From: Eledone cirrhosa
Lineage: Eukaryota
Reading direction: 5' to 3'
NCBI GenBank assembly: GCA_964016885.1
Contig: OZ024740.1
Location: forward strand, 216,132,001 to 216,196,000
Length of the DNA: 64,000 bases
A program made the translations under genes and the position numbers. The notes under the pieces are model-generated. The model did not search any database. It saw only the letters and a list, made by a program, of their open reading frames with translations, and had not been told where the DNA came from. Positions within the stretch are counted from its first letter, which is position 1; each line of letters starts with the position of its first letter. Below, piece after piece: positions 12,760 through 26,607 of this stretch.

Positions 12760-13848
12760 ATCATCATCATCATTATCACCGTTTTACGTCTGTTCTTCCA
12801 CACTAACATGAGTTAGATGGGTTGTCTTATTTTGGGCAGTATCCAGTCGGCTGACCTTGTCTTGCTCATACGGGAACTGATTCTGGCTTGATTTCTACAG
12901 CTGGATGGCCTTCCTGACACCAACCTCATTTGCAGTGAGTGCTGGGTGCTTTTTTTGCCGTGGCACCTCCACGACCACTTTGCAGTGGGAGGGGTGGGGG
13001 CATATTGTTTATATGCTTCAGCTTCGGCTTGTGCCCATGGAAAGTCAGGTCTTCTGTATTACTGCGTGATGCCAGAGGTCACGCTCAAGAGGTGCAATTG
13101 GGTAAGGTTGGCTTTTATCACATCATCCCAGGTCTTCTTGGGTCTCCCCACCCCGCGGTTTCCATTGACTACTAGTGCTCTGCACCTTTGTATGCAGCTC
13201 TCATCCTTCATACGCATCACATGTCCATACCAACACAACCACCTCTCCTGCACGCAGCATTTGATTCCTCTTATGCTCAGTCTCTCTCTCAATTCGTTTA
13301 TGATTTGCCGTTAGTGTTTATTACTATTACACATCCATCGGAGCATGCAAGCTCCACTTCTTTCTAATCTACGCGAGTACAGGCAGCGCTCAGGTCTCAC
13401 TACCATGTAACATTGCTGTTCATATACACGCATCATACAGTCTGCCTTTCATTTTGAGGTAAAAGCATTTTGCAGCTAGCAGTGGCTCCCTGAACTTCTT
13501 CCATCCTGTTCTTACCCTAGTTACTGTACTTTCCGAACACCCACCTCTACTACTAATTCGGTCACCTAGGTAGCAGAAGCTGTCTACTGTTTCTACAGAG
13601 CCCTCCCAGAGTTTGGTGGTGCTTGTTTCCTGTGGCCGTTTGCTGCTTGCTGTCCCAGCGCAGCTGCTACATATGAAGCCTACATTCTTAGTTAAGCTTC
13701 CTGGGATCCCACTACAGCTCTTGTGTACCCATTGTTTGCATTTGAGGCAGAGGATGGAGTTCCTACCTACACCTTTCCTACATACTGAGCAAGGCCATTT
13801 CCCTGAGGGGATCTGGGTTCTGTTTTCTCATCTACTGACAAGGACCTT
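12760..13848 (-). mobile_element. RTE-LINE subfamily C, 3' part with 3'UTR
   Basis: PSGKWPC-type PHD region, WYGHVMR..GRPKKTW (ORF 13059-13292), 3'UTR and (GAT)n tail. Confidence 0.9.
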
Positions 13849-14737
13849 ATATATATATATATATTGTCTACTAAGTAGCTGAGATATATATTAAATTTAT
13901 ATCTGTCGATATCAAGTATAGAGTTTAACTGAGACTGCATAAATATGGATATAAATATATATATAGGATATGCATGCAAGGTCTCGTAACGCCTGAGATG
14001 TCGTAAATGCACTGTATTGACATAAAGCATTTCGAGGGAATTTTTAAACCTGATAGAGTCCATCTCCTCTCCAGGTTTGAATGCAGCATATTTCTTCTAG
14101 AGAAGGTTAGAGAGAGTGAGAGAATGGCAGTGAGAAAGAGATATAGAGGAAGAATCAACACCAGTACATGACTGGTACTTTTTTTATTGACCTCAAATGG
14201 ATGAAAGGCAAAGTTGACCACAGCAGAGAGCCAGAATGAATACTACAAAACACTCTATCCAACATTCTTATGACTGCCGGTTCACTGCCTACACACAGGG
14301 TTAACAGACATGTAAATATATCTGATTTACATAATTGATTTACATATGTGAATTGAATTAAATGATAAACATTTTGAATTGATTTTTTTTTTTTTGTTAC
14401 CCTAAATAGTGTCACATCAAACAACATCAAACAACCACAAATATGTAAATTAGTATGTCCTTTGATGATTTATGAAATAGATCCAGGAAAACATAGGATG
14501 ATGTGTTGAAAGCTGACCCCACAAACGTGAACCTCATGAAGGTGATGACACAAGATATGTAAACTGGGGATTATAGGGTAGGTTCGACTTCCCACATGAG
14601 TGGAATGAAATGAGCATAGGGAACTATGGTAATAAAGAAACAGAGAGATGTAAAGACATTTAGGTAACCCCCCCCCCCCCCTCACTACATCCAGTCTTCC
14701 TGTTTGGGCACTTCATCTCCCTCGTCTATCTAAGTAT

Positions 14738-14955
14738 AATAATAATAATTGTTTCTACTTTTGGCACAAGGTCAGCAATTATCCCAGTGTATTACTGGTA
14801 TTTATTTTATCGACCCCCATAAGGATGAAAGGCAAAGTCAACCTCGGCGGGATTTGAACTCAGATCGTAAAGGGACGTAACTATGCTGGAAAGTATGGCG
14901 TCCGACCCTCTACCGATACTGCCAATCCACCGACCCTCTACCGATACTGCCAATC
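14738..14955 (-). mobile_element. SINE family 2 (Meta-core-like)
   Basis: Reverse complement of GGCAGTATCGGTAGAGGG..GAGTTCAAATCC..GCCTTTCATCCTT.GGGGTCGATAAAATAA.TACCAG; B-box present. Confidence 0.8.
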
Positions 14956-14959
14956 CATA

Positions 14960-15295
14960 ATAATGATAATGAAATTATTGTGTAGTGCTCAGGTGCACTA
15001 CAACTCATCAAAGGTACATGCTTAATACATAGAATAATATACAAATGTCAGGAAAGTGAACAGGGTATGAGTCATCATATACATGTGTGCGTGTGTATAA
15101 AGGAGGAATATTAGGTGTAGTGTTGACAAATTTCAGGAAGCATGGAGGTTTTAAAGGATGCAGTGTCCTGGCAGCTAACAACTAATGCAGGTAGTTTGTT
15201 CCAGGCTTCAGCAACTCTGAGCAGGAAAAAATGTCTCCGAAAGTCATGGAAGCTGTGCTGTTTTCTGACTTTGTAGGCATGCTCACATCCCTGAT
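14960..15295 (-). mobile_element. CR1-type LINE 3' end
   Basis: FFLLRVAEAWNKLP..VV..TASFK C-terminal motif; 3' stem-loop GTAGTGC-ACCTGA-GCACTAC and (ATT)n tail; second copy at 57970-58348. Confidence 0.8.
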
Positions 15296-15839
15296 TGCTC
15301 ATTCACTCACTCCCTTCAAGACCACACCTATGACCCAACACTTACTACACCCCCACCACCATCTCACATTCTTGATTCCTCCTTCCCCAATCAACCATAC
15401 CAACTGGTAGAAAGCTGGGTGCCCCCAACAATGTATTGATAGATGTCACTTACTTTAACGGCAACCTCCACGACTGAACCCTTTTGATGACACCACCCAT
15501 TGTGGGATGACCACCTTCCTCAGCAAGCAATATGTAGCTAGACACCTCATTCCACACTTATCACTGCCTTCCCAGTCAGGCTCATGGCAAAATGAACAAC
15601 AATATAATGCCCCTAGCCTGGTAGTGGTGGTGTCATGAAATAGGAGATAGTGCTACTGCTACAACAAAATGCACCCAGTACATGCTGTAAAGTAGTTGAT
15701 ATTTGGAAGGGTATCAGGTTGTAGAAACCCTGCTAAAGTGGAACATATGAGTGAAATGCAGTCACCTGATCTGTTCAGCCCACTAAAAGGACAACCTGTC
15801 TAACCCATGCTAGCATGGAAAATATATATAAAACTGTGA

Positions 15840-15899
<60 letters not shown>

Positions 15900-15903
<4 letters not shown>

Positions 15904-16070
15904 CAAAGAAAGTGTGGTAAGAAACCAGGTGGACCATAACGCACCAGAGTACTCGATACTTAGGGTAGTAGAGAGGGTAATAGGAAAAGAGTCAGGACGC
16001 CGATGGCTGAGCTTCGGCCGTTTTGAAACAGCTGGAGCTCAGCCACAGGGGTCCTCACTCTTTTCCTATA
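15900..16070 (+). mobile_element. Short hairpin-bearing element inserted in (TA)n
   Basis: Terminal IR TAGGAAAAGAGT..GGCTGAGCT / AGCTCAGCC..ACTCTTTTCCTA; homologues at 46037-46230 (-) and 45664-45850. Confidence 0.6.
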
Positions 16071-16449
16071 TATATAAATATATATACTTCAAGATATACT
16101 TTTCTTTATCTATCTCTTTATATATTGTCTTTATAAAAATACACACACTCACACACTTTATATATATATATTGCTTATATATACATATATATTACATAGA
16201 TACAAACATGAAGGCATTTCTGACTGATATACATTTAATATTTTTGTTATTTGGCACTTTTATTTTATTTTTGCTGTTTTCTTTATATATGTTTTATTTT
16301 ACAAAATATATATTTATATGTAACAAATTCAAACAGAATTGCCCTGGGGAAATTAACATCAATAAATGTAATTTATTGAATAGAAAATACCAAAAAGAAT
16401 TCATTCATATATATATATATGTAATTACCAAAAATAGTTCATCTATATG

Positions 16450-16499
<50 letters not shown>

Positions 16500-16500
<1 letters not shown>

Positions 16501-16840
16501 GAGGCACATGGCTCATGGCTTAGTGGTTAGAGCATTGGCCTTTCAATCGAAAGGTTGTGAGTTCAATTCTCAGACCGGGTGATGTGTTGTTTCCTTGAGC
16601 AAGGCACTTTATTTCATATTGCTCCAGTTTACTCAGCTGTAGAAATGAGATGATAGGACTGGGGTCCCTATCATTACACTGTAAAGTGGTCGTGGAGGTG
16701 CCACGGCAAAAAAGCACCCAGCACTCACTGTAAATGAGGTTGGTGTTAGGAAGGGCATCCAGCTGTAGAAATCAAGCCAGAATCAGTTCCCGTCTCACCC
16801 TTGCAAACAGGGAAAAGCGGACGTAAAATGAAATGATGAT
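16500..16840 (+). mobile_element. tRNA-derived SINE family 1 with RTE-derived tail
   Basis: A-box TGGCTTAGTGG, B-box GAGTTCAATTC, central CCTTGAGCAAGGCACTT, tail ..GGGAAAAGCGGACGTAAAATGA. Confidence 0.92.
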
Positions 16841-17224
16841 ATATATGTATATATATAACAAAACAAATATATTCCAAAAAGAATTTATATATATATATAG
16901 AGGTGGGTTTGTATTTGTGTGGGTGTGTGTACGTTTTTTTTTCTTTTGCAAATAATTGAAAAGAAAAGAAAAAGAAAGAACTAATTCCATTACAAATAGT
17001 GAATGTTGTAACTATTGAAAAGAGAAAGATGCATTTACTCTCAGTTTCACTTCAAACACCAATAATCTAATCAACAATAAAGTTTTTCATTAAAATCTAG
17101 TAAATATTTTATTTACTACATTTGAAGTCAATTTCATGTCATGTTGAATACAACAACAACAACATAGAAGCAGTACCTATGTTATATATTTAAATACATT
17201 GTAATACATATTATGTTTTATAAA

Positions 17225-17646
<422 letters not shown>

Positions 17647-17973
17647 GGAGGTACATGGCTTAGTGGTTAGAGCATTGGGCTTGCAATTCAAAGGTTGTGA
17701 GTTCAATTCTCACACTGGGTGATGTGTTGTTTCCTTGAGCAAGACACTTTATTTCACATTGCTCCAGTTTACTCAGCTGTAGAAATGAGATGATAGGGAC
17801 TGGGGTCTCTATCATTCCACTGCAAAGTGGTCATGGAGGTGCCACGGCAAAAAAGCACCCAGCACTCACTGTAAATGAGGTTGGTGTTACGAATGGCATC
17901 CAGCTGTAGAAATCAAGCCAGAATCAGTTCCACCCTTGCAAGCAGGGAAAAGCGGACGTAAAATGATGATGAT
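17647..17973 (+). mobile_element. SINE family 1 copy
   Basis: Near-identical to 16500-16840. Confidence 0.92.
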
Positions 17974-18074
17974 ACCTCCAATTTACCACAGCGGTATGGG
18001 AAAGAAGGTATGGTTAGGGAATTTCTCTTTAAGTGTGTGTAGGAGGAATAGGCCGACTAAATCACACACGTCAG

Positions 18075-20502
18075 CAGACCTATTGGCAGGAGGAGAGTAA
18101 CTTGGTGGTGGAACAGTAAGGTGGAAGAGTCAATCAAGGCCAAAAAGCAGGCTTGGAAAGTATGGCAGGATGGGGGAAGTAGAGAGCACTATCAAGTGGC
18201 CAGGAGAGAAGCTAGGAGACAACTGTACCTTGCAAAAAGGGTAGCAGAGGATAGAAAGTTCAAGCATGTTCTACAACGTGAGGACCAAAAATGTGAGGTG
18301 TTCAGGATTGCTAGACAATGTGTCAAGGAAAACCGTGATATTGTCGGGGAGAAGTGTGTCCGTAATGATAATGGTGTACTTGCGCTCACTGATACTGATA
18401 AGAAGATAGCCTGGAAGTGTCACTATGAGAGACTATTAAATGAGGAAAATAAATGGGAAAAAGATTCAATAGAAGGATCAGCGGTGCAAGTTAAAGGTAG
18501 TATAATAAGTAAAGCAATCAAAGATATGAAGACAGGCAAGGCAGCTGGGTCTTCGGAGATAGTTGCTGAGATGTTGAAGGCATCTGGTATGGTGGGACAC
18601 ACTATGGTCACCCGTATAGTTAACCAAGTAATACAGAATGGGGTCATACCGAAAGACTGGCGTAGCAGCATCATCATTAACTGCTACAAGGGTAAAGGGG
18701 ATGCTCTAGATAGGAGAAACTATAGAGGCATTAAGTTAGTTGACCAGGTCATGAAGGTCACAGAAAGAGTTATAGCACAACTAATCAGAGAGCGAATTGA
18801 TCTAGATGAAATGCAATTTGGGTTTGTGTCAGGTAAAAGTACCACATATGCTCTTTTCCTTGTACGACAACTACAAGAGAAGTACCTAGCAAAAAGTAAA
18901 CCCCTCTACTTAGCTTTTGTAGACCTGGAGAAAGCTTTTGACAGAGTCCCTTACTCCATTATCTGGTGGGCTCTTAGAAAACTAGGTGTAGATGAATGGC
19001 TTGTGAGAGCGATACAAGCTATGTATAATGAAATAGTCAGTAAGGTTAGAATTAACAATGAATATTGTGAAGAATTTAGTGTAAAAGTTGGCGTTCATCA
19101 AGGCTCTGTCCTTAGCCCCCTCATAATTATTATTGCCCTTCAGGCTATAACAGAGGAGTTCATGGTAACTCCTATACGTAGATGATCTAACGATCATAGC
19201 TGAATCAATGGCTGAACTAGAGAAGAAATTCCAAACATGGAAGCATTGCCTAGAATCAAAAGGCTTTAAAGTTAACTTGTCTAAGACTAAAGTTCTAGTT
19301 TGTAGAAAGGAAAATAGGGCACAGGTGCCCTCAGGGAAATGGCCATGCTCAGTGTGTAGGAAAGGAGTAGGCAGAAATTCCATTTTATGTCCCAAATGCA
19401 AAGTATGGGTACATAAAGATGTAGTGGGATCACAGGTAAACTATCTAAGAACGTAGACTTTATATGTGGCCAATGCTCAGGTGCAATAAGTAGCAAATGT
19501 CCAAAGGATACTAGCTCCTTCTATTGCCCAGATGGTTCTATAGAAATAGTAGACACTTTCCATTACCTGGGTGACAAAATCAGTAGTGGTGGAGGGTGTT
19601 CTGAAAGTACAGTAGCCAGAGTCAGAACGGGATGGAAAAACGTTCAGAGAGCTTTTACCGCTGTTGACCACAAAAGGTTTCTCTCTAAAAATGAAAGACA
19701 GATTGTATGATGCCTGCATACAAACAGCAATGCTACATGGCAGTGAGACATGGGCATTACGTGCAGAGGACCTGCGTAGACTGGAAAGGAACGAAGCATG
19801 CATGCTCCGTTGGACGTGTAATAGTAATATATGGGAACAGCAAAGCACAAATGAACTAAGTGAGAAATTAGAAATAAGAGGGATCAGATGCTGTTTACTT
19901 GAGAGAAAACTACGTTGTTATGGTCACATGATGCACATGAAAGACGACAGCTGCATAAAAAAAGTGAAGGGCGATCAAAATTGATGGTAGTTACGGAGTA
20001 GGTAGACCCAGAAAAACCTGGGATGATCCGATAAATTCCGACCTTACACACTTACATCTCTCTAACACAATGTCTCTGGAACGAGATCTTTGGTGCTACG
20101 CAGTAATACAGAAGACCCGCCTTGCCTATGTGCAAAGCGAAACCTACAGTCAGTAGGCACCTCTTAACCAAATATACACCCCAATCCACTAACCCTACCC
20201 TACCCACCCACTCCGACCAACAGCACGTGATAATGAGATCGAGATTGTGTAGGTGTCACGACAAAAAACACACACAGTCCACGCTGTAATGTGGCCGTGT
20301 AGGTAACACGGTAAAAATTTCCCAGTTCCACACTATAAATGTGGTTGGTGTTAGGAAGGGCATCCAGCCGTAGAAAACCTGCCAGATAGTCCTATATGAG
20401 CCAGACACGGTCACCCGACCAGCCTTGCCTCAAGTGGGACAACTCCTGTCTAACCCATGCTAGCATGGAAAATGGACGTTAAACGAAGATGATGATGATG
20501 AT
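18075..20502 (+). mobile_element. RTE-LINE subfamily B, 5'-truncated, with 3'UTR
   Basis: ORF 18121-19185 (RT) plus frameshifted PHD and C-terminal pieces; 3'UTR ends CCCATGCTAGCATGGAAAATGGACGTTAAACG..(GAT)n; close homologue of 30622-34397. Confidence 0.95.
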
Positions 20503-20523
20503 ATATACATATATATATATACA

Positions 20524-20556
<33 letters not shown>

Positions 20557-20557
20557 G

Positions 20558-20620
<63 letters not shown>

Positions 20621-20621
20621 C

Positions 20622-20654
<33 letters not shown>

Positions 20655-20799
20655 CATATATATACACATATATATATATACACATATATATACATATATA
20701 TATACATATATATATATATATATGTATATCCATATATATAAACATATACATATATATATATATACATATCCATATATATATATACATATATATGTATAT

Positions 20800-21142
20800 G
20801 GAGGCACATGGCTTAGTGGTTAGAGCATTGGCCTTGCAATCGAAAGGTTGCGAGTTCAATTCTCAGACCATGCGATGTGTTGTTTCCTTGAACAAGGCAC
20901 TTTATTTCACATTGCTTCAGTTTACTCAGCTGTAGAAATGAGATGATAGGGACTGGGTCCCTATCATTCCACTGCAAAATGGTCGTGGAGGTGCCACGGC
21001 AAAAAAGCACCTAGCACTCACTGTAAATGAGGTTGGTGTTAGGAAGGGCATCCAGCTGTAGAAATCAAGCCAGAATCAGTTCCTGTCCCACCCTTGCAAG
21101 CAGGGAAAAGTGGACGTAAAATAAAATGAATGAAATGATGAT
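20800..21142 (+). mobile_element. SINE family 1 copy
   Basis: Near-identical to 16500-16840. Confidence 0.92.
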
Positions 21143-21994
21143 ATACATATATATATATATACATATATATATATACATATCAATGTGTATATATATATAC
21201 ATATAAAAATATATATATATGTATATAATATTAAGGATACTATTTATGGTTATGTATATACTAAAATTTTTATAGTTATATATATTTTAAACCCTAAACA
21301 GTGAAGGTCAGTATTTTATTACTACTTTATTACCAGTAAGATAAATAGCTCAATGTAATAACATTAGTTGTTCTACAGAGCAGTTATATAGAATTCACAA
21401 GAATCAAAGCTATGTTCAAAGCATTTATTCACTTACAATTGTTTCATCCAAACCTAGGCTTGGAGTCTTCGGAGCATTTTTCAATGTTTGTACACATAAT
21501 TGACCTCCTTTCCAACGCAAGAGATATACAGATACATATGTATATATTGATGTACAGTGGCGTGACATATATTATATTATATTATTTCTGTATAGCAATT
21601 CAAATTCAAAATCAAAATTAAAATTAAAACAAAATTAAAACAAAATTAAAATACATTCGGCAGTTAACATAGATAATGCAAGAGGATAGTTTGTTAGTCT
21701 GATGTAGTAGTTATTGTATGCGTTAGTTACACGTGGGGCATGCACGTGTGTTTCATTTATATATGATTATTGTGTGGCAGGGTGTTACATGTAATACAAG
21801 CACTTTAAGCGGGTAAGTAAGAGTATTATGGAGGTTGTAGTGGTAAGGTATTTTTTGTATATAATAAAAAAGTATGTGTGCAGAAAAATAAAAATAAAAA
21901 GGGGAAGCAAAAGAAAGTTCTGGTTTTCGTATCCACCACCATTTTCACATTCAGGAAATGTAATATATTCCTGAATGTGAAAATGGTGGTGGAT

Positions 21995-22790
21995 AGAGGG
22001 GGGGGGTTACGTTAGCCATCCGCGGCCGAAATAAAGAGGAGGAGTCCTTGCATTCTCGTCTGGCAGCATGAGGTGAATTTGTCTTTATCTTTGGCATTGT
22101 GTCCAGATTTTTTTTCTTTTCAAACTCCCCAGAATTCCGTAGTCCATCCATCATATCGAAAGGCAACCAGGTCTAAACTTAAGTGATAGCATAGGCCGCT
22201 GACTTATAATTGGCCCACGTAATAAAGGTGGCGAGTGGGGGCGGGTGGGAGGGATATGGGGTAGTTAACGAGAAGGTTTAAATAAATAAAATCCTTGAAT
22301 TTTGGGCATAATTTAACAAGCATAAAAAATACAAGAAGATTGTTTTGAAAAATACGATAGAATTATTGAATAGAAAAAGCAAAGATTGGATTCTGGGCGA
22401 AATGATACAGTTAGATGAATGGACCAGGGAATAAAAAATGGAGAGAAGACTGAAGAAATAGCAATTAGTACGTTACATTTCACCGTGCGAGCAGCCTAGC
22501 CTGAAAAGGGGTAAACGAATTCTGGGGTAGACGAATTCTGAGTTTCGTACTTGCAAAGGATTTATTTTATATTTGGAGAGAGAGGAAGGGATTGAGGGCG
22601 AACCAGCATGATATAGAAGGGGGGGGGGTGAAGAATAGGAGGGAGAAGAGAAGGTTTAAATAAATAAAATCCTCGAATTTTGGGCATAATTTAACAAGCA
22701 TAAAAAATACAAGAAGATTGTTTTGAAAAATACGATAGAATTATCGAATAGAAAAAGCAAAGATTGGATTCTGGGCGAAATGATACAGAT
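21995..22790 (-). mobile_element. RTE-LINE subfamily B-like 5' end (5'UTR + ORF start)
   Basis: MDGLRNSGE..MPKIKTNSP..SSLFRPRMAN matches the start of the 34230 ORF; 5'UTR holds a 141-bp direct duplication. Confidence 0.85.
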
Positions 22791-22837
22791 ATGTATGTAT
22801 ATATATATATATACATATAAATATATATATATATAGG

Positions 22838-23150
22838 GAGGGTTCTATAGAAATAGTGGACAGCTTCCGTTACCTGGGTGACAAAATCAGCAGTGGGGGA
22901 GGGTGCTCTGAAAGTACAGTAGCTAGAGTCAGAACTGGATGGAAAAAGTTCAGAGAGCTTATACCACTATTAGCCGCTAAAGGGTTCTCCCTAAAAATGA
23001 AAGGCAGGTTGTATGATGCTTGCATACGAACAACAATGTTGCATGGCAGTGAGACCTGGGCATTGTGTGCAGAGGATATACGCAGACTAGAAAGGAACGA
23101 AGCTTGCATGCTCCGCTGGATGTGTAATAGTAATATACGCGAACGGCGAC
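22838..23150 (+). mobile_element. RTE-LINE subfamily B internal fragment
   Basis: DSFRYLGDKISSGGGCSESTVARVRTGWKKFREL, near-identical to 31300-31595 (-). Confidence 0.9.
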
Positions 23151-23159
23151 TTGAAAACT

Positions 23160-23653
23160 CTGGTACAAACACTACACTTGCGACAATTATTGACACACAG
23201 TGCTGGGCCCATGGTACCATGTGACGACAAGTGCAGAGAGATCTCCAGATATAAAGCAATGCCTGTGCCATGAAGCTTTTATAGTGAGCAAAGGCACTGC
23301 ACAAAGCCAGTCCCACTCTCTTAACCAAGATGATATTTACCAAAAAGAAGAACATGTCAACATCATTGGATACCATCAGAGTTGTAGGTGTTATATCAGA
23401 GTTTTCCTTCTCCTAGAATTCTGCCTTGACAAAGGCTAAGGGGTCATCTCTCCCGGTGATTTTGGATGGCCATTGACTCTTAAGAGCTCCTTTGCTCTTT
23501 GACAGGTTTTGTTTTTAGTCCTGCAGGATGTCCAAAGTCACCCTCCTCACCAAGAAATCTTGGTGGGGTTGCCAGTTTAGTTGCCAACGACCCGACCATG
23601 AGACAGGTTGTACTGGGATACATGTTACCAGTAGCACCAACTGGTGACCTGAC
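23160..23653 (-). mobile_element. 5' region of another RTE-type element
   Basis: Homologous to 28534-28990 (+) and 45500-45620 (-); contains CTAGGAGAAGGAAAACTC, typical of RTE 5'UTRs. Confidence 0.55.
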
Positions 23654-23675
23654 ATATATATACATATATATATAT

Positions 23676-23719
<44 letters not shown>

Positions 23720-24253
23720 CTATATATATACATATGAATGTATAAACATTTTAATGTGTTGCATAACGTTATATATAGATATATTTAAATGCATTGAAAT
23801 TTGCTGTAAAAGATGGGTATCCATTAATAAAATACTGATATATATTTTGGATGTATTGTTTACTAAACAGCAATAGTGGTTTATCTAACAGTAAATATAC
23901 ATTTATGTACTCTCTTATATGTTTAATGAAATAACTTTTAAAAATAGTACTAGTGTTACATAAATAATTTTGTTTTTAATATTTCAATAAAATCCAGGTG
24001 GGGTGGGGGTGGGGGGGAAGCTAGCTAAAATATATCATCTAATCTAACCCTTTTTATATCAAACTCCCCAAGAGACAACCCATAGCTCTACAATGTAATC
24101 ATTTGCCCTTTGAACCGGCTTTTTGAAAATTATTGTTCTTTTATTACAATTTTTTTTCTTTTGAAGTATTTATATTTATCTAAAAACCTTCACTCATGAT
24201 TGTATGCAAATTTATGTAAGAAAATTTATTATCTTATACTCCAAACACTAGCA

Positions 24254-24484
24254 TTAATCCTTTAGCATTTAAACCAGCTGTATCTGACCAGAATTCTCTC
24301 ACCTCTTTCTGTTCAAACTGGCCATAACCGGCTGCTCATATTTATGTTACGGTATTGTTCTCAACATAAATAATATCAAAATCTTGAAAATTTGATATTA
24401 TGTGAGATAATTATGTGAAATAAAGTGTTTACCATGAAAATACAATAGTATATATATAGAGTATTGTAAATGTTAAAGGATTAA
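24254..24484 (+). mobile_element. TTAA MITE copy
   Basis: TTAATCCTTTAGCATTTA...TAAATGTTAAAGGATTAA. Confidence 0.8.
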
Positions 24485-24684
24485 TAACAAAAAGATTAGT
24501 CATATTTCTAAATCCCTCTATATTCTTCATTACTTTTAAAATTACTTCAATATCCAAGGCAGTGTCATTAGAAATATCGTATTGAAATGGTGAAATTGAA
24601 TTATATGTGTGAAATATGGAAAAAACTTATTCCATAATTTCTTCACTAAGAACAATATAAAAGTTATTGTTATATATATTAGGG

Positions 24685-25450
24685 CAGTGATTTGGCTTAA
24701 TTGATAAAGTGTCAAACAACATTCTTTACGATATATAGTTATGGCCCTTTACGTTCAGAGTTAAAATACTGCCGATGTTAGCTTTGCCTTTCATTCATAC
24801 GGTGTTGATAAAATAAAATACCAGTAACACACTGGGGTTAATTTAATCGACTTTGCCCTACCACAAAATTGTTGGTCTTGTGCTTAAATCAGAAACCATT
24901 ATTATCATTATTTACAAGTGTGGTAGATTAACAGAATCGGTAGAGTGTTGGACAACATGCTTTGTAGCATATAGTTATGTCTCTTTATGTTCTGAGTCCA
25001 AATCCCAACAAAGGTTAGCTTTGTCATTCATCCTTACAGGGTGGATAAAAGGAAATATCAGTAATGCACTGGGATCAATTTAACCTCTTTAGTACTACTG
25101 TAGACGAGATAACTTGTCCAAACATGTATACATTCCAGTGTCACAGATTAGATAACTCATCCTAACATGTTTGAGCTCTTTTCCAACAGTTCATAACTTC
25201 CAAGTTATGAAATCATTTCCAACAGTTCATAACTTCAAAGCTAGATGGGGTTATTAGTTTATTGATGTGACGCTTGTCAATCATTCAGATATATGTTGTT
25301 AATAAAAGTTTGGTGAAAGAAATAGTCATTTTACTGGAAAAAAAACCCAGCACAGTAACTGTAGCTGTGTAAAATATACACGACAGTCAACAGGTTAATT
25401 GACTTGCCTCTTCCCCAAAAATTGTTGGCCTTGTCCTATAGCAGAAAACA
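24685..25450 (+). mobile_element. Two old SINE family 2 copies, the second split by a TTAA element at 25080-25398
   Basis: GCCTTTCATTC..GATAAAATAAA.TACCAG core; SINE sequence resumes after the duplicated TTAA. Confidence 0.65.
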
Positions 25451-25784
25451 GTAAATATGAGATTTAATCATGGCAGCAACACCAGAAAGTTTGTTCTGTC
25501 CCCAGCAGAACTAAAGAATTTTGTCTACTCTATGTCTCCATTCAAGGAAACATGATTGAAAGGGTCAATATAAAAGAAAGTAATGAAAATGAGATCCAGT
25601 ATAAGGTGACGGGGAGGGGGGGGGGGTATTAATGGGAGAAAGACAATGATCATGACGTACGACAGGTACTTGTTTCATTGATTCCTTGAAAGGTGAAATG
25701 TAAAGTTGTCTCTGATGAGATTCAAACTGGCATCATTTAAGGGAATTAACCAAATACTTTAAGATATTTTACCAGCCACTCCTA

Positions 25785-26068
25785 ATGGCATGTGGTTAGA
25801 ATGTCTCAGGAAAGAATCGCTTGACAGATTTTACTGGCAAAACCAACTGGCAGGAGACCCAGAGGTAGACCCTGAGCAAGATGGTTGGACAACACCCATG
25901 AGCTTGGTTCGTTTCACTTGGGGATCCAGCTGGATCAGTTGGAGTGTTTGAGGACTTTGTCCCCACGACAAGGAGAAGGAGGAGGAGGAGGAGGAGGAGG
26001 AGGAGGAGGAGGAGGAGGAGGAGGAGGAGGAGGAGAAGAAGAAGAAGAAGAAGAAGAAGAAGAAGAAA
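25785..26068 (+). mobile_element. RTE subfamily D 3' end with expanded (GGA)n(GAA)n tail
   Basis: GHVVRMSQE..GRPRGRP homology to 52275-52520 (-); tail expanded into a microsatellite. Confidence 0.75.
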
Positions 26069-26607
26069 AGAACTCATACAATACCATCAATCTCCAAATT
26101 CTTGCTATCAACAACAAAACTGATGTAAGAGAAAGAAACCTAGAATTATATTTCATCAATGGAATATAAATGATGTGAGCTTTTCATGATGAGATATGGA
26201 TATTTCAAACAGAGGTCATGACCTTTACATACACTATGGATTGGTACTATTTAACCCTAGGCTCAGGGAGAATCTACATTGTTAGATCAATTTTTAACAT
26301 TTGAACGCCTTTTCCAAATGACAAACTAGCTTTCTTGATAATTAAGATTATCTGGGTATTAGCCAACAGAGAGAGACACAGATAGATCCGCCATTAATCT
26401 TCGTAGATTGAGTGTCTATTTCCCCATCAGCAATCCATACCCAATGTTAACAAGTCATTTAGTAATTAATTATTTCTAGTCATCATTAGTTAGTGATAAA
26501 CTCTTGTCAGAATAGAAAATATTTTCTTTCTTCAATAATACATTTAACAAAAGAATATATTCCACTGTATCCACACAGACAGACATACATCTCCCTCTCT
26601 CTCTCAT

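Noticed and set aside
16500-16580. tRNA gene
   Set aside because: A/B boxes belong to a multi-copy SINE head; no complete cloverleaf.
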